Assembly (NCBI GenBank): GCA_964247055.1 | Contig: OZ176051.1 | Span: 8,122,001-8,186,000, forward strand | DNA length: 64,000 nucleotides | Direction of reading: 5' to 3' | Source: Paragordius varius | Taxonomy: Eukaryota; Animalia; Nematomorpha | Part shown: positions 48,901 through 60,330 of the stretch, piece after piece | Layout of the letters: each line of letters opens with the position of its first letter | Numbering within the stretch: the stretch's first letter is position 1 | The notes under the pieces: model-generated | What the model was told of the DNA's origin: nothing | What the model saw: the letters and a program-made list of their open reading frames with translations, nothing else | Databases searched by the model: none | Position numbers and translations under genes: made by a program

Positions 48901-50039
48901 GCTTGTGTTAGGGTTCGGATCTATCGAAGTTTCAAGTCCCGCTAATTTATCATAAAATGTTTGACAAAGTTCTGTTCCTATTAGAGTTTCCACATCTGGG
49001 AACGCTAAATTATATTTAAAAAAACAGATAAAAAATAAATATTCGCGTATATTTTGGTATTTGTAATAACAAATTTATAAAAAAATGTTTGATGCGTAAA
49101 ATTTATTAACCTATTTAAAATTGATTTCGTAAAGCTGATGGAACACAACATTTTAATTGTGTTCCTTTTATAAATATTATATAAAATGACAAATTTTTAT
49201 GGCAATTAAATGTAGCATTTTAATTTGTTTAGACCCGAAAAAAATAGACATTTTTAAATTTTTTGTTTTGCATAAAGAAGTAATTTAAAAATTAATCTGA
49301 AATTTTATAATCTTACTCAAATTTTATAAATATTATTGAGCTGTTCAAAAAAATCTTTATTTTATTTGGCTGTATAATTTTCGGTATAAATTGAATTAAT
49401 TACCTTTTAAATTATGCATAATTTCATGCGGTGGCCGAAATCCACACAAGGCTTGAAACGGTGTTAATGCGATTGCGGTTTCAGGCTTATGATTCGAGTC
49501 CGGATAATGAAAGGGATCCCGATTATGTAATATCTCAGCTAAAACCTAAAATATAATTTAGAGTGAATATTCAAAGAGTATAATAAAACGGATACAAGAT
49601 TTATATTTATATATTTTTAAATAATAAACCTTATTTGGATGTGCTTGAATTGATAAGGGTTTCGCTATGGACAAGACTTTAAACAAAAATGGTAAATTTC
49701 CATTCTCTTTTGTCAAAAATTTTGCCACAACTTTGTGTCCCAATATTTTAGCTGGACTCGACTCGATGTACTCAGATAATAAAATTTTAACTGGTGGTTG
49801 ATCTGGTTGCTTATGGCCCAATATTTCGGAAGGACCCTTGGAATGAGTTCCCATCCATAACTTTAATTAAAACTAAAAACTACTTCGGCATATGGCTTAT
49901 CCTTTTCTATAGAATACAAACTTTCATTAAAGTTATGGGCTAATTTTGCAACTTCACTATCAAATCCATGTTTACCCCATTCATAATGTTGAATGACGCA
50001 TTTAAGATAAAAAACTAAACATTAAAAAAACTTACCCAT
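42969..50039 (-). CDS. MPI: Mannose-6-phosphate isomerase (type I phosphomannose isomerase), 9 coding exons, about 504 aa
   Basis: Exons (minus): 50036-50039, 49884-50014, 49630-49860, 49404-49545, 48795-49004, 47703-47882, 46682-46929, 45868-45998, 42969-43206. All are GT-AG and in phase (1515 nt). Motifs: [112 protein letters not shown]. The 4-nt first exon is the least certain part. Confidence 0.95.
43346..43561. mobile_element. Near-palindromic 216-bp Tc1/mariner-type MITE (second, eroded copy at about 32140-32328)
   Basis: TA|CAGTCATGTATC...GATACATGACTG with inverted arms of about 60 bp (...CGTTAAATGGGTAT / ATACCCATTTAACG...). Confidence 0.7.
43870..44590. mobile_element. Possible DINE/Helentron-like non-autonomous element
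   Basis: Only motif-level resemblance (ATATCATTCGAAAG; GCTCTCGCTTCGCGCG near 44556); boundaries are guessed. Confidence 0.25.
44922..45626. mobile_element. Non-autonomous hAT (Ac-type TAGGG end) MITE with subterminal TGACC/GGTCA arrays, in MPI intron 8
   Basis: 11-bp TIR TAGGGTTGTGC / GCACAACCCTA; exact 8-bp TSD CGCAAGAC (44914-44921, 45627-45634). Confidence 0.9.
49861..49883 (-). other. 23-nt spliceosomal intron (MPI intron 2)
   Basis: GCC GAA|gtagtttttagttttaattaaag|TTA TGG ATG splits the conserved PYAE|LWMGTH motif. Length is not 3n, and the upstream and downstream coding frames both hit stops inside it. Confidence 0.9.
50015..50035 (-). other. Candidate 21-nt spliceosomal intron (MPI intron 1)
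   Basis: ATG G|gtaagtttttttaatgtttag|TT TTT TAT CTT AAA TGC gives [16 protein letters not shown]. Perfect GTAAGT donor, TTTAG acceptor and an in-frame TAA inside. Confidence 0.7.
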
Positions 50040-50121
50040 GCGAAAGATGCTAGGTCAAAAAATATGACTAAAGGCATCTATCTATATCACCTGGTTTTAT
50101 AAATTAGCATATATCCATTAA

Positions 50122-50653
50122 CACTTGGATACAACACACTCATTTTATCAAATTGGGGTAGTTGAATACCCCAGGCCTGTTTAAAATCAAATACTTTAAA
50201 AATTATGGAAGGAATCGAAACCATGACAAAATTTTGCACTTATCTAGCAATAATAAACCGAAATATATAAAAAATACTTGATATTACTTATTTTGAGCTA
50301 AAACTGAAAGGCAAAAATTTAGTCAATGTGACATGTGATACAAAATAAACCGCTTTTCCTATTTCTATCAATGTTAAATGTAATTTATATAATAAATAGG
50401 CTTTAGTTTTACCCTTAAAATTAAATGAAGACGATATTTTGCAAAATTTTTGCAAAGTAAAAATGGCGTCGAAGTAGGATGGAACTTTTTTTTTCAAATC
50501 AAAATTTTATCAAAATATTTTGGCATATTTATATAATATTTATCAGGATAGAAGCATGAATTTAAATTGGGACCGTTTCCTTCAGTAGTTTTTTAAAAAT
50601 TTTAATTTAAATTTAGTCTGGGGTACTTAGATACCCCAATTCGAATCAAAGTG
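50122..50653 (-). mobile_element. TTAA MITE family 1, copy 82 bp upstream of the MPI ATG, 532 bp
   Basis: TTAA at 50118-50121 and 50654-50657; same termini and body as the 33133-33704 copy, with small deletions. Confidence 0.9.
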
Positions 50654-51020
50654 TTAATTTAAAATAAAACTACAGTTTTATTTGTTTGAGTGCTTAAATT
50701 TATAAATAGTGATTATTCTTCAAACAGGATTTTGAATTTACCCTTGAATATTTATAAATAAGCAGAATATTATATTTAAAGCAACAAAACATATGTAATT
50801 AAATTCCAATTAGATTTTATCTAAATGTACCTAACCGTACATTTGCTAGTGTCTGGATAAAATTAAACCAAATATATCAGTGACACACTCCTCTAAATTG
50901 TATTTTTAGGCATGATGGAAACGGTATAAATCACTTTATCTATATGATTCGATAATGCTGAACTTTTCTATCGCGCCCGAATTTTAACTAATACGATTAA
51001 AATATTGGTTCGCCATAAAC

Positions 51021-53344
51021 CAGTGGTACTCACCAAAAAAAATTGACGGGCCAAATATAATATATTTTTTTTCGATGGCCATGAACCTTAAATTGACAAA
51101 TATTTCATGCTATTTGACACATATGTGCATGTTAATACTCTACACGATGATTTTTTTGGGGATCGCATGTAAATCCAAATAAAAACTCGTTTTGCACCGT
51201 TTACTTTAAAAAATTAAAATATTTTGATAACAATATTTATTTTGATATTAACCAATAATTTTTGAGAAAATTTGGTTTCGTCTGATGACAGGCCAATTTT
51301 AATGCGCCGTCCATATGATCATCGGTTAAACGATTTTTGTATGTATTCTTAATATACTTCATTTTTGAATGTGCACACGTGTAAATTGAGGGAAAAACAG
51401 TTAGGATAACTTGAGCAAATTTTTTTATATTTTCATATATTTGGCACATCTTGCCAAAACTCTACATATCTTTCTTCTCTTCTCCTTGATCATTGGAGTC
51501 ATTTCTAAAATATACGTATTCTTCAATGATATGCGCCTGTCATAACCGAAATGCTCAAGTTACTTAATATTGGATATATCCATATGCCGTGGATTTTCAA
51601 CGAGTTTAATGCAATTTTTAATATTTTTAATTCTTATCTGAATTTTACATAAGATAAAAATGTTAAATGATTGTCTATTGATTATCTCCGCGGTAAATTC
51701 GATATTTTTTTCATGAATCGTTTTAAGTGTTGGAAAATATAGGAGTGTTTTATTTATAAAATCTTGTTTAATTTTTCTTCAAAAGCAAATATTTGATTAA
51801 AAATTGGGTTATTATTTTGCCTCCTTGAAGACTTGTATTAAAAATACTTAGTTTATAAATAATGTCGCAAAGGTAGGCTCTCGTCAAACTTTCTGTTATC
51901 TTTTATATATAGAATTTAATGGCTTAAAATAAAATATCTATTTAATATTTTGCTAAGGCTTAGCCATCTTGTACAAAATAATATTATCAAACTCACGGTG
52001 GGTATCTTTCAGGTGGTTTTTGAATTTACAGCGGTTGAATTCTATGCCACGGATGTGGTGAACTATATCCAACCGTTTCATTACTGAATTGAGTGATTCA
52101 TCTTTTACACGCAAAACCAAGTTTTGCTGATGAATAAAGCAGTGAAAGGATAAATTATTTTGCAAATTATATTTGTTTTTCAAAAGAAAAATACCTTTGT
52201 TCTTTCCAATCATAGAGGGACATCCATGTCAGATCGAAACCAACTTTTTTATAGATTTACTATCGAAAAAAGTGCTAATTATTTCGAGAAAATCACTTTT
52301 TTTCTAGGTAATATTCATTAATACAAATTTTAAATATTGCTTGTTGATTATGTTGTCGTTGGTGTTGAACTAATATGGTGGAATCAATAGCAATCCTAAA
52401 ATATTTGCAGTTTTTCAAAGCCAATGCATTGTTAAAAATATATTTAGACATAGTTGAAGCTTTTCAATTTGCCTCATGATTTGATCTTTCTTATGAAATT
52501 TATCAAATTAAATATGCAACCATTTATTAGACATTCTTTTATTTGTTGGGGATCAGTAAACCGTTTCTTATTTTTTCCTAAAATATAGCAAACTTCATAC
52601 GAAGCTACAGTTTTCCTGAAAGAAAGCTATGGACATAATAGATTCTTTCTGGTATAATTCCTTAATGTTTTTTTTGTTACTTTCCTCATGATTTTCTGGT
52701 AATTTATAAGTAAATTGTAAAACGTCTTCCAATATTGTATTTATTTATAATTATATTGTCCTTATATATAAGGCTGCAAGTAACAACATTTTTATTTAAA
52801 ACGACAAAGAATTTTTCTTCCCATTCTTTTTTAAACGGTTTTCATAGGATAATTTACGTTTTTTAGCATTAGATGCCAACCTTTGAAACGAATTTTAAGT
52901 ATTATGTTTATTTTTTCAAAAAATAGGAATTATGTGAATTATGCTATAAAAAAAGAGGTCGAAATTTGATGATGTTGATTTGAAAAATATGTTATGGGAA
53001 TGAGTTGTAAAAAATGATGCAGCATATGTATATGCAAGTTTGGGTGAACTTGCTTAAATACAAAAAAGGAATACAATTCAAAATAGAAGAGAAAATAGAA
53101 TACAGAAACAGAAACAATGTGTGCCAAAATTTTGAAATCATTTTATAATGAAGGAAAATTTTTCTACATTTCTAATTGGGTAAAAAATAAAGGTTACCAA
53201 AATTACATCTAAAGAAAATAAATTAATATTAAAAATTCGTTTAAGTGTATTTTAAAAATTCATCAATAAACAAATAATATAAGTATCAATATAGTCATAG
53301 GGCCATTTTAAAGCACTCTTAGGGCCGCGGTTTGAATACCATTG
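51021..53344 (-). mobile_element. hAT transposon of the Buster/SPIN (GTF2IRD2-like) clade, full-length but with a decayed transposase
   Basis: TIRs CAGTGGTACTCA / TGAATACCATTG; exact 8-bp TSD CCATAAAC (51013-51020, 53345-53352), matching the nnnTAnnn Buster preference. Fragments: KKRKLSYENR..KEWEEKFF, FHCFIHQQNL, HIRGIEFN, SKMKYIKNTYKNRLTDDHM. Confidence 0.9.
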
Positions 53345-56129
53345 CCATAAACAATTCTTAAATATAAATTGAGTTATTTTATAAATATTCACAAAATTTA
53401 TGAGCAAACCAATCTTTAAAACAAAGTTGTAGATAATTTTCAGCCTCATAATATTATATAGAATAAGTAAACATCTTAAAGCGTTATGTTTCAATCATCC
53501 TTAAAAATAGTATGAAATATGCCTTGTAAAATTTCTGATGAAATAAGTATGCATTTTTAAGTTAGTTATCAAAATTTAATAAATATTTTAATTGTAAGAA
53601 GCGAAAAATTTGGAGCTCCACATTTAAAAATTAAGATTTTATGAAAATACTGTTTTGGTTTTTTATGTAGTTTATGATTGTTTTAATGGTATTTTTTGGA
53701 AAGCTTTTAGCTTTGGCAAAAAATTGACAGAACAAAATATGCGCAATTTTTGCCATTTTCTGATATGGGCCACTTTATACAAAGGCAAAGGTGTAAATAA
53801 CCTTTTATTACTCTTAAGGCCAAAAAACAAAAGCACCATGATGATCCTATGTTCTTAATAATATTTACCTAGGTTTTTAATCCACGATTTTGGAGGCAGT
53901 GTAATAGTTTATTTTGATCATAACATTTCATGGCCTTTTGGTGAAGTTTTATACCCGAGTGATCATTAAAATTTAAGTAGCTTAAAATATTTTTAAAATT
54001 AGTCATTAAATAATATACTTTTTGTAGCCTTTAAGGCGCAAGGATACTATGTATTAAAAAAATAAAATTCAAAAAATCCTCACAGTCAAATATATGTATA
54101 ATATGGTATAAATATTCACCTCTGGAAAGCTTTAAATATCGATTTACCAGAAATTTTTAATCAATACCAGCTGTTTGTTTCAATGTTTTTGAGTTGCGAA
54201 TTTGGGACTCTGGGCGCTAAAAAACTGTAAAAATTCTAAGGGTTTAATTAACACACGAAAAGAGAGTTAAACAGTTTATTTGGTGCTTTAAGTTGTGGAG
54301 TAGAAAGCTAGCCCTAAATGTCATCGTTTACAAAAAAATGAATTGACGTGTTAACTAATGGATCGAGGGTGACCCATTATATTCCTCAGTTCCACACGCG
54401 CCTTGGAAAATAAGGTTTAAAAAAATGCCATTGGATAAATTTTCCAAAAGTTCGGGCCACTACTATGATAGATTCATTTTTTAAATTAGCCCCCTGCGCC
54501 TTGATATCGAAAAATGTAAAGTTTTCTAAATTTATTAATATATTTTTATTTTCTTAAGAATGCTCAAGTTGAGGCATTCAAGTTTTATGCTATAATTAGC
54601 TATTACGCTGAAAAAAATGGTTGAAGTTTTGAAGCGATCCGAAGAACGAGTATGCTTCAAATTAAAAGTATTTATATATTTATAAATGCGAAAAGGGATT
54701 TTATGTATTTTCTTACAGTAACACCCAAGTCCATGACTTTATAAATCCGATTAATATAAAGAGCCAACGGTCAATAAATATATTTGAATTAGTATCGTAA
54801 ATATTTTTTAAATCAAAGTGTTTAATTATTTAACGTAGTCTCTGTGCACATCATGTGATTTTTTGCGAATACCTAAATTGGAAATATAAAATATAAAAAC
54901 AACGAAAATTATCTGGAATCTTACAAATGATTCGGTCTTTATTGTTGCTGTTATAGATTACGTTGATATGTCGCCAGTTTGTGCTGTGGGGAAAATATGC
55001 GGTTGTAATGTTAACATCTTTTTGTCAGATTATTGATCCGGCACGTTTTTCATTGTGTGTGTTTTCTTGGGACCCTTTGCTTTTCAGTACGAGCTTGTAT
55101 TTTCTCTGCTTATAAGACAAAGTATAAAAGATTTATTCTAAGTCATAAGTCTAACAGGGAATGTTGCGTTGATTTTGTCAAAAATTTTGAGTTTGATTTT
55201 TTCAATGAATGGACAGCAATCTTCTTTAAACCACTTTTTAAGTCATTAAATCTCTCCCCCTTCTTTGTCCAATTTGTTGGGCAAAGCATGGTTGAAAAAA
55301 ATATACATCTGATTTTTGTTGAGTGTCAGTGATAAATAATTTTCATATTCACTCTACATATGGCTATCTAATATCTGTGGCGCAATTGATAGTCGTGATT
55401 ATAAACTCATGTAAATTGTGGTACTACGTCAAAATAAAAATGGTAGGGTATTAAAATAATATCGTTCTGCATAATTTGTCCTGTAGTTAGTGGTTTTACC
55501 AAATTTTTACATTCGTTAATGAATGTATTAAGGTTTTCAAACAAGTTGACTACAAAATAAGGTTTCTTCCGCATAGTGGAGTGACAATATCATAGGTGCT
55601 TATGCCAATTCAGAGTTTCGGATTCTTTCAGCAGATATAGAAACTCATGGAGAGGACAATCTGTGTCGCAATCCGTTTGGTCATGTTTATGTGACTCCAT
55701 AGCACATACAACTATAAAAATAAAATTATTATTTATTAGATGCTTTGATAATCCGATTATATATGGTGTTTTCCAGAGAATGTCGTGCCTCACGCTTGAA
55801 AACTTATGAATAATCTATAAAACATTAGATTTTGTTTCAGAATAGGATTTATTTTTAGGAAATCGAACGTATGTTGGATTCTATGAACTTCCACCCATTT
55901 TTCCCTTTACCTGTTTGAGTGTTTAATAGTTGACGTAGCAAAATCATTTGAACAATCATAGCTGATTAGGTTTATAAAATCTATTAGTCTAATAGATGAT
56001 AAAGGAAGTATTTTTTTTAATTTTCTGCTTATATTTGTTGAAAATTTTGTGATGATGTCAATTAACAAAAATTGATTAACTCGTATAAAGTATATTTATG
56101 TACTTATGATTTGTTGTTTGAGTTTTTAA

Positions 56130-56738
56130 CACTTCATTACTTTAGTTTTTTGTCCTAGTACATTTTGAACTAGTTTCATATTCCAGAATTTTGTAAATAA
56201 ACAACAGTTTGCAAAGTTATTTTGGTTGAAATTTAATAACCATTATTCTCATGTTTAAACCATCAATTTATTGGACAATAAAATTTTTGATATTTGGCTG
56301 TATCTTTTTAATAACTAAAAACAAATAATATTGATAAAATAAAATTATTAGATAATAAAGCTTATATAATTTACAGTTTTGTGACTTTAGAGCCTAAAAT
56401 TGGGAGATCTCTAAAACACTACCGAAAGGAACAGCTGAGATTAGAATCAATATATCAAGTTGCTGGTAAAATGTTGCCTGAAACTTTTTCAAATTATTTA
56501 TTTACATTTTTCAACCATAATATAGATTTATTTGCATGTTGCTTTATTGTTTTAAAAAAGTTATAGGAAAAAAGGAGGCAAAAAAGTATGATATGAAGGA
56601 AATTTTTAAAAATTTTTGTATAATGTACCTAAAGGACTAAAGAAAGCATTAAATTCGGCTTTACATTAAATACTTTTTAACATATCCGAATTTAAAATGG
56701 CTTTGGGATATAAAACTTCGCCCAAATATAATGGAGTG
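56130..56738 (+). mobile_element. TTAA MITE family 2, full-length copy, 609 bp
   Basis: TTAA at 56126-56129 and 56739-56742; ends CACTTCATTAC / ATAATGGAGTG. Confidence 0.8.
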
Positions 56739-56894
56739 TTAAGAGCTATTAAACTTCTTCGAAATTTTTCAATAAGGAAAAACCAAAATATGTTTTTATA
56801 ATATGAAATCTTTTTTGGCGAATATTAATAAACAGCTTAATGCTTATACCTAAGTCACCAGCAGCACTCTCGCAATTGTGAACTAATTGGAAGT

Positions 56895-57135
56895 TGGACA
56901 AATATTATTGGGTGACATCATTTGGTTGTTATAATTGATTGTTGAAAAGATGTGGTTGAATGTTATAAATACTTTAATATAATTAAATAATATAATTTAA
57001 TTGTTGCAAAATAAATTTAATTGGAAATATATGGTTGATTGTTGTAAACACCAAAATATTAATGGGTAAGAAAATTTGATTTTTAAAAAATAATTTGATT
57101 GTTGGTATGGTTTGTTAAAATATTTTATTGGGTGA
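56895..57135. repeat. Degenerate minisatellite (TTGATTGTTG core)
   Basis: Repeated ATTTGATTGTTG(G/T)AAA and ATATTATTGGGT motifs; similar arrays at 59525-59710 and 61960-62045. Confidence 0.55.
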
Positions 57136-58599
57136 GATGTCATGCACGCTTAAATAAATTTTAAAAATTAAATTGAACAAAGTAAGCATTTTTTAAATAT
57201 AATTTTTTAGATGCTATAATCAAGTGTATGTATTAAGAAAAACTATCCCGGCATTGCGTTTATTTTTAGAGCTAACTGCTTTTAAAGGGGGTCAAAAAAT
57301 TGGGAATTGCGGGAACCACATGTAAATTTAAAATTTTTATAAAAATATTTTGCGTTAAAATATGGTGTATCATATATTTTAATGATATTTTTTGGAGCAT
57401 TTAGGTTAAAATTTTATTAGTATAATTTGCGCTAATTTTTCGATTAATGATAAAATTACCACAAATGTGATAATAACTTTCTTATATTAATCGTGTGGCC
57501 CAAAGCCATAAGCACCATTTATATATATATATATCTATATATATATTTCAAAGATTTTTTACGCCTCGGTTTTGTGCGCAGTTTCTATAATTGAGTGAAA
57601 CAGTTTGATTGGCAAAAATATTTGACTGTTGGAAATATAAGAATAATTATAGCGAACACTAAATATATTGAATGCTATAAATTGTTGTTTAACGTAATAT
57701 TATTGGGCATACCATTGCGCACATCGAAAAAAGAAAAAATAGCAATATAAAATATATAATTTTAATAGTATCCGGATTCTATGGTGCTTTTAGTTTCGGG
57801 CCTGAGAGCCAAGTAGAATATTCTATACTATATTTAAAAAGCAAAACAATATATAAAATTATATTTTATATATGGGCAAAAGTCCCGATTCGCCCTTTAA
57901 TAGGCTAGTTATTACAAAATGAACACAAAAATGGGAGATTTCGCGATAATTTTTTTTATTATCCTAGAATATAGCATTAAAAAACATATTTTGGAAAAAT
58001 CCATATTTTATTCAAAAATTTAGCAAAATTTTGTTGATGCCCAGTTTATGCTATTTTAAGGCATGATGAAAACAGTATGGAAATGCTTTAAGCTATTATA
58101 AATTTTTCTATATAAGTAAATGATGCAATACATATCTCATCAAAATTTGATTAAAATAGTTGGTACTCATATTTATGTTAAATATAAATTACAGAAATTT
58201 ACCCAAATTATAAAGCAAAAAACCTTCAAATTAGCATCATCTAATATCTAAATTTTTTAATACCGTTAACACCATGCTTCTAAATAAGAAACTCGCTTCA
58301 CCAAAATTTGTTAAATTAAATTCTTGGCAAAAATATTTATTTTTTCGGAAAATTTTTATTTGATGTCAAAAAAACACTATAATTGATTTTTATCGCACAA
58401 TATCGATCTTTTCGCTTGTTTTTAAAGAACTGGCCCATTTTAGACGGGTCCAAAAATCTGAGACTTTTGGCGCCGACATCTAAAATCTAAATATTATAAA
58501 ATATTATTGGTTAACATATTTGGATTAGTACAGAGCCGTTAAAATCTATTAGATATAACATGGTTTCATTTACTACTTTACTGGAATGTCCTTCATGAT

Positions 58600-59500
58600 T
58601 ACATTAGATTTAATTTATGATATACTCATAATTTTGGGTTAATTAGGATTTACTTTCAAAATCTTTTAATCTTGTCTTACCAACCTTATTTAATTAATTT
58701 ATCTCCATTATCTACGATTAGCGTCATGTCATCTGCCATCCTTATTGTTAATTCTTCTCCTATCCCTACGCTTTCAGCACCTCTATATATTTCAGGATCC
58801 TTTAACTACAAATGTTAAACAAGTATGGCGAGAGACAACGTCGTCTAATACTTTTCTACATTAATTCACCTGCAATCTGAGTATGCATTAAAACTTTTTG
58901 GTTTTCATACAAATTTTTAGGAAGTTTATAAGTCTGGCTGTAACCACCATTGCTTTCAAACTTTCCCATAAATAATCATGATTAAGGCAGTATTTATAAA
59001 AAGGCTAACACAAGAAATCACACCTCTAATGTGGGACGCATAATTATAACGTGTAGTGGATTTATTTTATGTCTAAACACAAGCGTTTGAAGAAGACTGT
59101 TAAAATTTCAATCATAAGGTCAGAAACTAAAATTTGATATGCCTATAACGTATAGGGAATTGGCAATAATTAAAAAGGTGCTTTGATATAATAAATTACA
59201 GATATCATGTCGTAAAGAATTTGATTTCCTGTTGTCTTTCTAACAATAAAGGTTGTTGTGATGCATTTCCCCTATAGAATATTTCGCCATTCTCACATTT
59301 ATTTACCGTATTTGAAAAAGTAAACTGATATCTATAAATAATTAAATAAAATCTTTTCTATGAGCGCGATGAATGGATCTCAAGCTGAAGCTTCTGCCAT
59401 AATCATTATAAATTTGCTGCCAAAAATAATCGCTTTAAAAATCTCATTCGTACTTTTGATACTCCATAATCCTACTCAATAATCCGAATTTGTGGCTTAT
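58600..59500 (-). pseudogene. Non-LTR retrotransposon (RTE-like) reverse-transcriptase relic
   Basis: Frameshifted minus-strand fragments in RT order: LWESLKAM...LINFLK, CLSPYLFNI, VGIGEELTIRMADDMTLIVDNGDKL (YADD-equivalent at about 58726-58740). Confidence 0.6.
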
Positions 59501-59524
59501 TCAGGCGGCCCTAAAATGTTTTTG

Positions 59525-59710
59525 GTAATATAAATTGATGTTGCCAACAATTATTTGATTTTAGAAATATGTTAGATGTTGGAAACGTTTGAATATTATT
59601 GGTAATATAATTTGATTGTTGTAACATTTATTTGTTGTTAGAAACACTAATTTTTATTCGGTATCATAATTTGATTGTTGGAAATATAGGTTAGATTGTT
59701 GAAAGGTTTT
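59525..59710. repeat. Degenerate minisatellite (TTGATTGTTG core)
   Basis: ATAATTTGATTGTTG recurs at about 60-bp spacing. Confidence 0.55.
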
Positions 59711-59735
59711 AATATTAACAGTTAATATTATTTAA

Positions 59736-60330
59736 CACTCCATTACCTTCTGGGGTAGTTTTATACAGAAATGTATCTAGAGGGGGAAAGGGGGCTGATG
59801 ATGCACCGGGCACCATATGAAGGGGCGCCGGATGTTTAAAAAAATATTAGGTATTTAAAAGTTATTAATTTATATAATTCATAATAAATCCCCATTTATG
59901 TGTGGTTAAGACCACAGTTTGAATTTAATTATTAAATGGGTCGTCTTGACCATGGAAGAGGAGAGCGATTTAAAACTCTAATATCTCAAAAAGTATTTAA
60001 GGAATTAACCGAATTCAATATGCTTACTTTCGCCTTTTAGGCGCATTATACAGTTTTTCAAAAAATGTAAAAGTGCCGCCATTTTTTTTGCAATAATTTT
60101 TTTAAATCGCTATGGCAACAGGCAAATAAATGTATCTAAGAAAATGTAACTAATTAACTTCAAAAAGCTTTCAGGCTACATACGAGCAAAAACTTTATAT
60201 TTTTATCTTAATATCAGCTGTTCGTTTCTCAGTTTTAGAAAAGTCGTAAAGCTGTATAAAAAAATAAATTTTTATATCTACATGAGAACAATGTTTGATG
60301 TTAAATATAACTAAAATAACTATAGCACTA
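59736..60330 (-). mobile_element. TTAA MITE family 2 copy (reverse), interrupted by a GC-rich insert at about 59775-59960
   Basis: TTAA|CACTCCATTACCTTCTGGGGTAGTTTTATA at 59732; 59980-60230 is the reverse complement of the family-2 body. The insert resembles 35600-35790 (CCCATTTATG..GGT.A.G.CCAC). Confidence 0.65.

Noticed and set aside
50015-50035. Stop-codon reassignment or read-through of TAA instead of a 21-nt intron
   Set aside because: MPI itself ends in TAA (42969-42971), the segment has perfect GT-AG signals, and the neighbouring 23-nt insert is frameshifting, so read-through cannot rescue the gene.
55000-55800. Possible hAT/ZMYM1-like transposase relic on the minus strand
   Set aside because: Only vague resemblance, and the fragments are in the wrong order for that family.
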